A stretch of DNA of 64,000 bases from an uncultured Gemmatimonadales bacterium. Its GTDB lineage: Bacteria; Gemmatimonadota; Gemmatimonadetes; Gemmatimonadales; GWC2-71-9. The position numbers and the translations under genes were made by a program. The stretch spans positions 1-64,000 of the forward strand of contig CAWJIM010000019.1 of the NCBI GenBank assembly GCA_963842945.1. The letters are read 5' to 3'. Below are positions 19,243 through 28,247 of this stretch, piece after piece; position 1 is the first letter of the stretch, and each line of letters starts with the position of its first letter. Under the pieces are notes generated by a model. It saw nothing but the letters and a program-made list of their open reading frames with translations, was not told the origin of the DNA and ran no database searches.

Positions 19243-19989
19243 CTACTCCGGTCTCCGGGTCTCCGTCCACCGGTTGGTCGCATCCAGCACCGCGAACACC
19301 GCCGCCCGCTCGGCGCTCTCCTTGATCTCCGCCGTGCCGCTCAGCAGCAGCGTCTCCCGCCCGCCCAGCCCCTGCACCGCCACGAAGGCGAACTCCCGGT
19401 CGAACCCCTCCACGATCTTGGCCCCCTCCAGCGCCAGGCTCGAGTCCTTGAGCAGCCGGTCCATCACCGCCACCGCCGCCTTGGCCGCCGCCTCCACCCG
19501 GCTCCGGGGAGTGTCCGACGCCTCCTCTTCCGCCGTCTCGGTCTGCCCCCGATACGACAGGGTCACCGAGATCGAGATCCGGTGCGGCCGCCGGCTGGGC
19601 CCCGCGGTCAGGTTCTCGAACAGCACCGTCCGCTGGAGCACCTTTTCCCGGACCGATTCGCGCTCCAGCGCCTCGATCGGCTTCACCTCGGCGGTCTGGG
19701 CGATGCTGATCTTCCGGTGATCGATCTTGAGGCCGAGCTGGGCCAGAAGCGCCGACTCGATGTTGCGCACCAGCTGCTTGGGAGCGAGGCCGGCCTGGGC
19801 CAGCACGTGGACCTCACTCACCTCGCCCAGCGGGGTGGTCACCACCCGGGCGGAAAGAATCCCCTCCAGGCTGGTGAGCAGGTTCTCCGCCCGGCGCACC
19901 CCCCAGGGATCGGGGAGGGCGTCGGCCGCGGAACTCCGCCCCGGCGGGGGCGGGCCTGGCTGCTTGGCACTCCACGTGGGTTCGGTCAT
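19243..19989 (-). CDS. Conserved hypothetical protein with LeuA-allosteric-like C-terminus
   Basis: EVHVL..PKQLVRNIESAL..DHRKISIAQ; C-terminal AAVFAVLDATNR; high GC3. Confidence 0.8.
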   Translation of the reverse strand: MTEPTWSAKQPGPPPPGRSSAADALPDPWGVRRAENLLTSLEGILSARVVTTPLGEVSEVHVLAQAGLAPKQLVRNIESALLAQLGLKIDHRKISIAQTAEVKPIEALERESVREKVLQRTVLFENLTAGPSRRPHRISISVTLSYRGQTETAEEEASDTPRSRVEAAAKAAVAVMDRLLKDSSLALEGAKIVEGFDREFAFVAVQGLGGRETLLLSGTAEIKESAERAAVFAVLDATNRWTETRRPE

Positions 19990-19996
19990 GGTGTGT

Positions 19997-20166
19997 AGTC
20001 GCGAGTCGTGAGTCGCGAGTCAAGCGAAGCGACTCGAAACTCGGTATTCCGGTTGACCTCTAGGCAAACCTTCATCTCAATCGAATCCTGACCTTTGACT
20101 CGTGACTCGTGACTCGTGACTCGTGACTCGTGACTCATGACTCGTGACTCGCGACTCGCGACTCGT
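19997..20166. repeat. Inverted heptamer tandem repeats
   Basis: 10 x GACTCG(T/C) (one GACTCAT) at 20097-20166; about 3.5 complementary G(C/T)GAGTC units at 19997-20021. Confidence 0.9.
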
Positions 20167-20168
20167 CC

Positions 20169-21854
20169 TTACGCCACCGCATTCCGTCCCGCCGCCTTGG
20201 CCCGGTACAGCGCCCGGTCCGCCGTCACCAGCAGGTCATCCTCCGGCTGGCGGCTGTCGAACTCGGAGAGGCCGATGCTCACGGTGATCAGTCCGGCCGG
20301 ATAGCCCAGCCGGCGGCCGATCCCTTCGATCCCTGCCCGGAGCGCCTCGGCCACCCGCATCCCGCCCTGCAGCTCGGTGCGGGTGAGGATAACCACGAAC
20401 TCGTCGCCGCCATACCGCGCCGCCACGTCCGACGCTCGGATCGCGTGGCGGATCTCCTCGGCCACCGCCTTCAGGATCTCGTTGCCCACCTCATGGCCGT
20501 AGCTGTCGTTCACGTCCTTGAAGCGATCCAGATCCATGAACAACACGGCGAAGCCCTCGTTGCTCCGCTTGCAGCGCTCGATCTCGAACACCAGCCGGTC
20601 CCGAAGCACCCGGTAGGTCGAGAGGCCGGTCAGGGAGTCCACCGCGGCCTGGCGCTGCGCCTCTTCCGCCCGCCGCTCCTGGTACGGCGCGCACTGCCGG
20701 AGCGACGCCCTTCCCACCACCGCGGCTTCGGCGAACCGCTGGCAGGTGGTGAAGCCGCAGGCCCCGCAGTCCCAGGGAGTCCCGTTGGGGCTCAGGCCGA
20801 TCTGGTTGATGATCGCCGCCACCGCCGCCTGATCGGGCCGCACCGGCCGCTGCCGGATGGCGAACGCTGCCCCGACACTCGCTACCACCGCGCTGTCCAC
20901 CACCGGCGAAGCGCTCCGAGGCGGCTCGGTGCTGGCCAGCAGCTCCCGCCGCCAGAACAGCTCCTCCCGGGGACCCGAGAGCGGATGATCCAGCGACCCC
21001 TCGGTCGACAGGATGTCCACGAAGCCCAGATCCAGCCGGTCCACCGCCACCGCCCGCGCCACCGACTTGAGCGCCTCCAGCCCCCGCAGCTTCCGGAAGC
21101 GGCGGCTGGAGTAGCGCGCCTCCTCCAGCAGCGCCAGCGGCAGGCCGCCGGCTGCACTGAGATGCCGTCGCCGCTCCTGCGGCACCCGCTCGAAGAAGGT
21201 CGGCTGGGTGAGGAGGTTCACCCCTTGGACCCGGAAGATCTGATCCAGGTCGCTGAAGGTGATCGCGGCGTCGAGCTCGGTAGTGCTGACTGGGGGACAG
21301 ATGCCAGCGTAGGCAATCTTGAGGCCAGGGCCGTATTGGCCCCGGAGATAGCGGGCCTCCGCCACCGCCGGCAGGGTGACCGGAGCGAGGTAGGGCAGCA
21401 GCTCGGGGAACTGGTAGCGCACCGTCTCCACCACCACCGGGTCGGTGGAGCGGATCAGGGTACCCCACGGCTCCTCGTGCCATAGCTTAAGGTATTCAGC
21501 GGCAACGAGTTCATCGCCGATGACACCCCGGGTGACGGCCCGGAAGCCGACCTCGTGGCAGGCGTTGATGACCTGTTCAGGAGTGGCGGGATAGAAGTGG
21601 GCGACGGACTCGGGGCTGAGGATGAGTACGCCGTCTCCCCCCGTGGCGATGGCAAGAGCCCGCCCGATTTCGCCGTTTACCTTGACAGCGCCATGGGGAC
21701 ACACAGCCAGGCACTGACCGGAGCGGATGCACGTCTCATTGTCGATGACAGGCAACAACGGCTCGTCCACCGGCACCGCGATGGCATCGGTGGGGCAGAC
21801 GCGGACGCAGGCCAAGCACGAGACGCAGAGCTCGGCGTCAATGACGAAATTCAA
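20169..21854 (-). CDS. Diguanylate cyclase with ferredoxin and [FeFe]-hydrogenase-like sensor domains
   Basis: CVSCLACVRVCP, CIRSGQCLAVCP, DCGACGFTTC; RASD I-site and intact GGDEF. Confidence 0.9.
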   Translation of the reverse strand: MNFVIDAELCVSCLACVRVCPTDAIAVPVDEPLLPVIDNETCIRSGQCLAVCPHGAVKVNGEIGRALAIATGGDGVLILSPESVAHFYPATPEQVINACHEVGFRAVTRGVIGDELVAAEYLKLWHEEPWGTLIRSTDPVVVETVRYQFPELLPYLAPVTLPAVAEARYLRGQYGPGLKIAYAGICPPVSTTELDAAITFSDLDQIFRVQGVNLLTQPTFFERVPQERRRHLSAAGGLPLALLEEARYSSRRFRKLRGLEALKSVARAVAVDRLDLGFVDILSTEGSLDHPLSGPREELFWRRELLASTEPPRSASPVVDSAVVASVGAAFAIRQRPVRPDQAAVAAIINQIGLSPNGTPWDCGACGFTTCQRFAEAAVVGRASLRQCAPYQERRAEEAQRQAAVDSLTGLSTYRVLRDRLVFEIERCKRSNEGFAVLFMDLDRFKDVNDSYGHEVGNEILKAVAEEIRHAIRASDVAARYGGDEFVVILTRTELQGGMRVAEALRAGIEGIGRRLGYPAGLITVSIGLSEFDSRQPEDDLLVTADRALYRAKAAGRNAVA

Positions 21855-22103
21855 AGACCTGATCCGTCAGGGGGAGGGAGAATTTGCAATTTGACGGTCC
21901 GGTGCCACAGTGTCAAGCCGTTAGTAGCTGCAAATTATTTGTACAGTTACAGTTAGCGAGATGCATCGGTTTGCAATCAGTCCGGAGCCAGGAGTCGAGA
22001 GTCGCGAGCTATGGGCGTACTAAGTCGATCCGGTTAGTCACGGTTCTCAGCTCTCAAGCATCTGAGCGTCCTGGCGGCTGAGCTCCAGACTCGCGACTCA
22101 GGA

Positions 22104-23621
22104 CTACTCCAACCGATACGCCTTGATCTTCCGGTACAGCGTCCGCTCTCCGATACCGAGCACTTCGGCGGCCCGCCGCCGGTTGCCCTTGTACTCCCGC
22201 AACGCTGCCTCGATGGTGGCCCGCTCCACCTCGGCCATGGTCATACCCGGCCGGTAGAGCACCGGCTGTTCCCCGTCGCCATCCACTTCCGACATCACGT
22301 CGGTAACCTGCGCATGGTTTCCCAGGTCGATGACCTGGACCCGCTGGGGATGCTCGTCGATCCGGCGCCGCATCTCCTCGATCTGGAGCCGGAGATCCAC
22401 CAGGCTCCGCAGAATGAACTCCAGCTCTTGCAGCCCCGCTGCCCCGCTGCCCATCTGCCCCGCCGTTCCCAGCCGCATGGGGAGGAGCGTGCCCGCACCC
22501 TCGAGCACGTCCACCGGAATGTCGGTCGCCCGGATCTCCGCGCCGGGAGCCAGCACCACCATCGACTCGATCAGGTTGCGCAGCTGGCGCACGTTGCCGG
22601 GCCAGGGCGCGCTCACCAGCCGCTGCATGGCCTCGGGAGCGATTCCCCGGAACTGCCGGTCGTGCGCCTTGGCGAACTCCCGGATGAACCGGCGGACCAG
22701 GAGTGGGATGTCGCCCCGGCGCTCGCGCAGGGGCGGAAGATAGATGTTGAGGACGTTCAGCCGATAGTAGAGGTCGTCGCGAAACTCGCCCAGCGCCACG
22801 GCATCGCGAAGCGCCCGGTTGGTGGCGGCGATGACCCGGACGCTGACCTTGATCGCCTGGGTCCCGCCCACTCGAAAGAAGGTCCGGCTCTCCAGCACCC
22901 GAAGCAGCTTGACCTGGGTGGAGAGCGGAATCTCTCCGATCTCGTCGAGGAAGATGGTCCCGCCGTCGGCCAGCTCGAACCGGCCCAGCCGCCGCTCGGC
23001 CGCCCCGGTAAAGGCGCCTTTCTCGTGGCCGAACAGCTCCGACTCCAGCAGCGTATCCGGCAGGGCGGCGCAGTTCACCGTGATGAACGCCCCGCCTCGC
23101 CGAGGCGAGAGGTCATGCAGGGCCTTGGCGACCAGCTCCTTGCCGGTGCCGCTCTCTCCCTGGATCAGGACCGTGCTGGAGACCGGCGCCATCTGCTCGA
23201 TCTTGACCAGCACCTCCTGGATCGGGGCGCTCTCGCCCACGATCCCGGTGCGCTCCTGCAGATGCCGCCGCTCGATCAGCCGCCGAGCGGTGGCCACCGC
23301 GTCGTCGGGCTGAACCGGCTTGGTCATCACCTCGGTGGCGTGGAGCCGTTCCACCCGCTCGGTGCGCTCCGAGTCGGTGGGCTCCAGCAGCGCCAGGGTG
23401 GAGATCTCCGCGTCGTGGGCCAGCGCCGCGAGCTGCTGCGCGTGCGGCTCGTGCACCGCCCCGGTGAGGATCACCAGATCCGGGTTCTCCCGGCGGACGG
23501 TGCCGCGGGCGTCGTCCAGGCTGGAGAACATGGTGGTGGAGAACTGGGCCGCCTCGAGCGCGGCGTTGAGCCGGACCGCGGTCTCGAGATCGTCCATGGT
23601 GATGAGGATCTGTGAAGCCAT
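22104..23621 (-). CDS. Sigma-54-dependent activator (NtrC family) with atypical receiver
   Basis: GESGTGKE, GAFTGA, FLDEIGE, WPGNVRQL, C-terminal Fis HTH. Confidence 0.93.
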   Translation of the reverse strand: MASQILITMDDLETAVRLNAALEAAQFSTTMFSSLDDARGTVRRENPDLVILTGAVHEPHAQQLAALAHDAEISTLALLEPTDSERTERVERLHATEVMTKPVQPDDAVATARRLIERRHLQERTGIVGESAPIQEVLVKIEQMAPVSSTVLIQGESGTGKELVAKALHDLSPRRGGAFITVNCAALPDTLLESELFGHEKGAFTGAAERRLGRFELADGGTIFLDEIGEIPLSTQVKLLRVLESRTFFRVGGTQAIKVSVRVIAATNRALRDAVALGEFRDDLYYRLNVLNIYLPPLRERRGDIPLLVRRFIREFAKAHDRQFRGIAPEAMQRLVSAPWPGNVRQLRNLIESMVVLAPGAEIRATDIPVDVLEGAGTLLPMRLGTAGQMGSGAAGLQELEFILRSLVDLRLQIEEMRRRIDEHPQRVQVIDLGNHAQVTDVMSEVDGDGEQPVLYRPGMTMAEVERATIEAALREYKGNRRRAAEVLGIGERTLYRKIKAYRLE

Positions 23622-23724
23622 GGCGTAAAAACTAATGGGTGGGACGGGAGAGAGTCGTCAGTCGTCTTGCCAAAGCCGGCACACCGCACTAAGTCCCAGC
23701 CATCCCGCAACAATCGATACCGCT

Positions 23725-24321
23725 ATGAGAAGCTCTGCGATGGTCCTGGGACTTACGCTTCTCCGGGCCGCTGATCTCGCTGCCCAGACCGAGGCCGAAA
23801 CCCAGCGTGCCACTCTTGCCGGTCTAAGAAGCTTTGGGGTCCACGCCAGCGTGCAGCTTTCTCAGGGTGCGACGCTGGAACGGATTGAGGAGAAGGTGCT
23901 GCGCGACAGAATCGGGGATGCACTCCGTCGGGAGGGCATCATGATCCAGACCCGCAGCGACGTGCGGGACGGCTCGCAGGCGAGCCTGGACCTTCTCTAT
24001 GTGGTCATGCAGACCAAAGACACTGCCGGCCACGCGCTCGGGTTTGCGGCGTCATCCTGTCTGCAGGCATCGCAGATGGTGAGGATCCCTCGCCTGACCA
24101 CGCCGAAGCACATCGCCTACGCCGTGGTCTCCACCTGGCGAAGCTGCGGCCTGCTGGTGGGAGACAGCGCATCGTTCGGCCGCACGATGCTCCAGAATGC
24201 GGACCAACAGCTCGCCCGGTTTCTCGAGGCGTGGCGCCGGGTCAATCTCCCTCCGCCGGCACCGGCGTCTCAGGTCAGTCCCCAGACCCGCGTGTCGATG
24301 GAGTTGAGCCTCGATCGGTGA
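23725..24321 (+). CDS. Secreted hypothetical protein
   Basis: Signal-peptide-like N-terminus; coherent ORF. Confidence 0.6.
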   Translation: MRSSAMVLGLTLLRAADLAAQTEAETQRATLAGLRSFGVHASVQLSQGATLERIEEKVLRDRIGDALRREGIMIQTRSDVRDGSQASLDLLYVVMQTKDTAGHALGFAASSCLQASQMVRIPRLTTPKHIAYAVVSTWRSCGLLVGDSASFGRTMLQNADQQLARFLEAWRRVNLPPPAPASQVSPQTRVSMELSLDR

Positions 24322-24330
24322 CCCGGTGCC

Positions 24331-25486
24331 CTAATGCGACCACGACGGGTGGCTGTCGGCAGCTGGATCGGTGGTCAGCTGGATGAGGCCGGACCCGTCG
24401 GCGTTGACCACGAAGATGTCCTGCTCCGCGCTGTCCTCGGCGCCCCGGCTGAAGGCGATCTGGCTCCCGTCGGGCGACCAGGTCGGCGCGTGATCGTCTC
24501 CGGTGGTCAGCCGGGTAATGACTCGGAGCTCCACTACCCAGCGTCGAACTATGAAGATTCCCGGGCCCATCCGCCTGCGACGGGCTGTCGAAGGCGAGCC
24601 GGTTGCTGTCAACCGGCGAGAAGGCCGGGTTGTGGGCTTCGCGGCGACGAGCGGTGACGGATCCGAGCCGTCGGCGCTCATCGCCATGATGGCGCCATCG
24701 CTCTCGAAGGCCAGCGATAATCCATCGGGTGACCAGGCGGGCCGCCCGGCGGCGCTCCCCCCGAACAGGATGCGAGGGTCGCTGCCGTCCGCATTCATAG
24801 CCACGCTCAATGGTGGTCCGGGTCGGAGACAAACGCGATTCGGCTGGCGTCGGGCGACCAGGAAGGATCGGTCTCGAGCGCCGGTCTCCGTCAGATTGGT
24901 CTCTTCCGAGCCGTCGGCGCCGACGATGAAGATATCGTTGGCGTCCTCCGACGACTGCACGAACGCGATGGTTTGGCCGTCGGGCGCGAACGAGGGGCTC
25001 ATGTCGACCAGCTCATCCTCGGTGACGCGGGTCTGCCCGCTCCCGTCGGGGTCCATCGGTATAGATCTCGGTAAATCCGTCCCGGTCGCTCTGGAACGCA
25101 ATCAGGTTGGTCCCGGTCAGAGGCGGAGCGGTGCAGGTGACCGGGTAGGCGAGCGGCTGGGTCTGCCCGCCGAGGACGGTCAGGGGCTGAGTGGGGTCGT
25201 TCAGCAGGGTGCAGTTGGCAGCCACATCCTCGATCACGAATGTGTGATCGCCGATCGGGACACCGCCGAAATCGGCCTGTCCAGTGACCGGCAACTCCTG
25301 GGTCAGAGCAGTGGGAGTCCCGGGATCGAGAGTAACGAGGTAGCCGTTGCTGTCCAAGCCGAGGCCGAGGGTGGGAGCGGTCACCCGCACGAACCCCACA
25401 TCGGGCGTTTCATTGGTCGGCTCTTGATCGTCGCCGCTGCAGGCTGCGATCGAGAGGGAGAGCAGCAGTATCAGGCGCGAGCGCAC
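24331..25486 (-). CDS. TolB-like/PD40 beta-propeller lipoprotein (frameshifted)
   Basis: GGAGG RBS; lipobox IAAC; repeated P(S/A/T)WSPDG motifs split over several frames. Confidence 0.8.
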
Positions 25487-25549
25487 GTGACCTCCGCCGG
25501 GTCGCTGTTGGGAAGAGACGTAGATGGGATGAGGTACGGCAGCGAGACC

Positions 25550-26017
25550 TTACCGGCCCGAACCTGTGATGTCAAGAATGGGAGTCGAGGGCTGTGGCAA
25601 CGGCTTCAGGTCGGGGTCGTTCCATACCCGCCGAGCCGCAACCGACATCAGCAGTTCCCTGGAGTAGTACTCCAGCAGCGCGTTCTTGTGGGCCAGCGGG
25701 CTGGCCAGCAGAGCTCCCACCCGATGGGCAAGCGTACCCTCCCGCTGTTCTGAGAGGAACTCCGCAATCAGATGGGCGTAGGCGCGGGTGATGGTCTCGT
25801 GGTATCCACTCGAATCAGTGTTGGCGGTGCCGTGCGAGTCATTGAGAGCCCGGATACCCTGGCGCAGCCGATTCACCGCCTCCTCCACGCCGTACCGGTG
25901 CACGTGCCAGGCGCCTACCGACAGATGGGCGGCATGGGTCCATTCGGACTTGGGCAGCGTCCGCTCCCGGAATCGAGCCACGAAGTCGTCGAGCTGGGCA
26001 TCACTGGTCCAGGTCAT
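25550..26017 (-). CDS. Conserved hypothetical protein
   Basis: WTHAAHL...GYHETIT...YYSRELL...W..PD pattern. Confidence 0.75.
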   Translation of the reverse strand: MTWTSDAQLDDFVARFRERTLPKSEWTHAAHLSVGAWHVHRYGVEEAVNRLRQGIRALNDSHGTANTDSSGYHETITRAYAHLIAEFLSEQREGTLAHRVGALLASPLAHKNALLEYYSRELLMSVAARRVWNDPDLKPLPQPSTPILDITGSGR

Positions 26018-26054
26018 GGCTCAATCTGGTTCCGGAGGATGGGTCAGTAGGACT

Positions 26055-26714
26055 TTACTCTCCGGTCTTGCTATGGGGGCTGGCTACCGGCTTGGACTCC
26101 GGGGACCCGCGCTGGCGCAGAAAGATCGACAACACCACCATGCTGCCGATCGCCAGAAACTCACTCTGCCAGTTCTGGAGCGACTCAAACCAGAAATGTG
26201 CGGTGCCGGCGTATTGGAGCGCAGAGAGCTTCCCGGGTTCTCCATGCTCTGTCTGCTCCTGGTTGTACGCCGCGGCTCCGGTTGCGGCGTGCGTCGCGAT
26301 GCTGATCAGGAAGAAGAGGAGGAACGCGAGGGAGAGTGAGTTCTCATACAGCTTGAGGGCCACTCCCCCTTTCCGCACCGGCCAGGGCGCCTCCGGCTCA
26401 CCCTCTCGCGGATGCTGGTCGACCGGGTCCCGCTTCTCAGGGTCCTTCGACTCGGCCGAGCCTCTCTGGAACAGGATGGCGGTCAGGATCACGTAGCCGA
26501 ACATCTGCAGGAACTCGCTCTCCCAGTTCTCCGAGGTCGCTTCCCAGAAGTGCGCCGAACGGAGGTAGGAGCTGAAGCCGATCTCGGCCTGCCCGTGCTC
26601 CCGTTGCTCGTTGTTGTGCTCCCGGTATCCCGCGAGACTCTGACCGGCCCAGAAGATCAGGAACAGCGCGGTCAGGACGATGCTCAACCCGTTGTCACGG
26701 AAGAACCGGCGCAT
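26055..26714 (-). CDS. DUF6766-like membrane protein
   Basis: Duplicated ENWESEFLQ/QNWQSEFLA and QRGS.ESK motifs. Confidence 0.85.
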   Translation of the reverse strand: MRRFFRDNGLSIVLTALFLIFWAGQSLAGYREHNNEQREHGQAEIGFSSYLRSAHFWEATSENWESEFLQMFGYVILTAILFQRGSAESKDPEKRDPVDQHPREGEPEAPWPVRKGGVALKLYENSLSLAFLLFFLISIATHAATGAAAYNQEQTEHGEPGKLSALQYAGTAHFWFESLQNWQSEFLAIGSMVVLSIFLRQRGSPESKPVASPHSKTGE

Positions 26715-26771
26715 CAGGTCACCTCGAAGTAAGTGCTGTTAGCCGCTGGCAACAAACCGCCTGAGGCGGGC

Positions 26772-27257
26772 TCAATGCTCCGTCTTCACTCCGCGCACCA
26801 GCTCGACGGCATGCTCCACCAGGCTGGTCAACACCTGAAGGCCGTCGCGCACGCCGCCCGGACTCCCCGGCAGATTCACGATCAGCGTCTTGCTCCGGAC
26901 TCCGGCGGTCCCGCGCGACAGAGCCGCGCGAGGAAATCGGGGAAACGAGGTCATCCGGAGCGCCTCGGCGATCCCCGGCGCCTCCTTCTCCAGGATGGCA
27001 CGCGTAGCTTCGGGCGTAACATCGCGCTCGGTGAGTCCGGTGCCGCCGGTGGTGAGAATGAGATCGGCCCGGTCAGTGTCGGCCCATTCAGCCAGGGTGG
27101 CCGAGATGCGCACGGAGTCATCGGGAATGAGCGCGCGCTCCGCGATGGCGTACTGCCGCTCCCGGGCCCACGAGGCGATGAGGTCGCCCGAAGAGTCGGC
27201 CCGCTCGCCTCGGCTGCCCGCGTCCGAGATAGTGAGAATGGCCAGGCGGAGTGCCAT
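26772..27257 (-). CDS. mog: Molybdopterin adenylyltransferase (MogA/MoaB family)
   Basis: ILTISD, TTGGTGLTERDVTPEAT, LSRG.AG, NLPGSP. Confidence 0.9.
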   Translation of the reverse strand: MALRLAILTISDAGSRGERADSSGDLIASWARERQYAIAERALIPDDSVRISATLAEWADTDRADLILTTGGTGLTERDVTPEATRAILEKEAPGIAEALRMTSFPRFPRAALSRGTAGVRSKTLIVNLPGSPGGVRDGLQVLTSLVEHAVELVRGVKTEH

Positions 27258-27459
27258 GGGCCAAGAAGATAAGCTTGTCAGGGGGCAGGCGCGGCGCGGC
27301 AGGGTGTCACACTTGAGATGTGGCGACACTCCAACGCGCCGGATCCTGTGATCATGTCGGGTGCGGCAAAGTCGCGGTCAACCGGGTTTTGCCTGCCCTC
27401 TTCGGGATTATTGGCCAGGCATGAAGTTTGAGGCTGTTCCCAATCCCCACCCACCCTGA

Positions 27460-27897
27460 GTGAAGTTTCTGAGCCAGCCACTGATATCCACTGACGAGCC
27501 CCGTGTTGTCCTGGTGGTCGAGGACGAAGACATGGTTCGCCGGACCCTCACCCGGGTCCTCAATCAAGCCGGTTACCGTACCCTGGAAGCGCACCATGGC
27601 AGCGAGGCGCTGAGCATGGTCGCCCTGGCATATCCTTACCTCCACCTCGTCATCACCGACGTGCTGATGCCGGAGCTGGATGGACGAGCCCTGGGCCAGC
27701 GGCTGCGCGAGCGCTACCCCGCGCTCCCCGTGCTCTACGTCTCAGCCTATCAGCCGGACGACCTGTTCCATCGGGGCGCTCCGACCTCCCACGCGCCATT
27801 CCTTCAGAAGCCGATCGATGCGGAGGAGCTCCGTCGGGTCGTCCAGCATCTCCTGGTGCCGCTGCGCCTGGAGGGCTCCCAAGTCGCGGGGCCCTAA
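27460..27897 (+). CDS. Single-domain response regulator
   Basis: VLVVEDE, LVITDVLMP, FLQKP. Confidence 0.88.
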   Translation: MKFLSQPLISTDEPRVVLVVEDEDMVRRTLTRVLNQAGYRTLEAHHGSEALSMVALAYPYLHLVITDVLMPELDGRALGQRLRERYPALPVLYVSAYQPDDLFHRGAPTSHAPFLQKPIDAEELRRVVQHLLVPLRLEGSQVAGP

Positions 27898-27900
27898 GCC

Positions 27901-27934
27901 ACTTGACCGGCGCTTGACTGGCGCAGGATATCAC
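27901..27934 (+). promoter_or_regulatory. SARP-type direct-repeat box
   Basis: TTGACCG-N4-TTGACTG-N8-TATCAC. Confidence 0.6.
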
Positions 27935-28000
27935 ATGCGCCATAGCCTGTCGGCCGTCCGCGGCCAGGTGTCAGGCGATTCCCGGGACCAGGAGAATCCG

Positions 28001-28174
28001 ATGAAACAGGTTCGATCCGCGTTGGCGCCGTCCTGGTCGCGACCATCGCGGGATGCGGCGAGCAGCCCCAGTCTCCTACCACCCGCTATCTCCCAAGATC
28101 CGCTCAACGCCGTGAGGACTGCGGCCGCCCCTCTGGCTTCCCGCCAGCTCTCCGCGGTGATCGGGGCGGAGTAA
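28001..28174 (+). pseudogene. Truncated RCC1-lipoprotein paralog (5' end only)
   Basis: GGAG RBS; frameshifted VLVATIAGCGEQPQSPTT...AAPLASRQLSA matches the start of the paralogs. Confidence 0.65.
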
Positions 28175-28247
28175 GGTGAGCGGTCGCGAGCGTCGATCGA
28201 TATGAACGAAGGCTACTGAAACTAAGGTCTGCCTTAAGGAGGTCACT

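Noticed and set aside
20097..20166. CRISPR array
   Set aside because: 7-bp tandem units with no spacers and no cas genes
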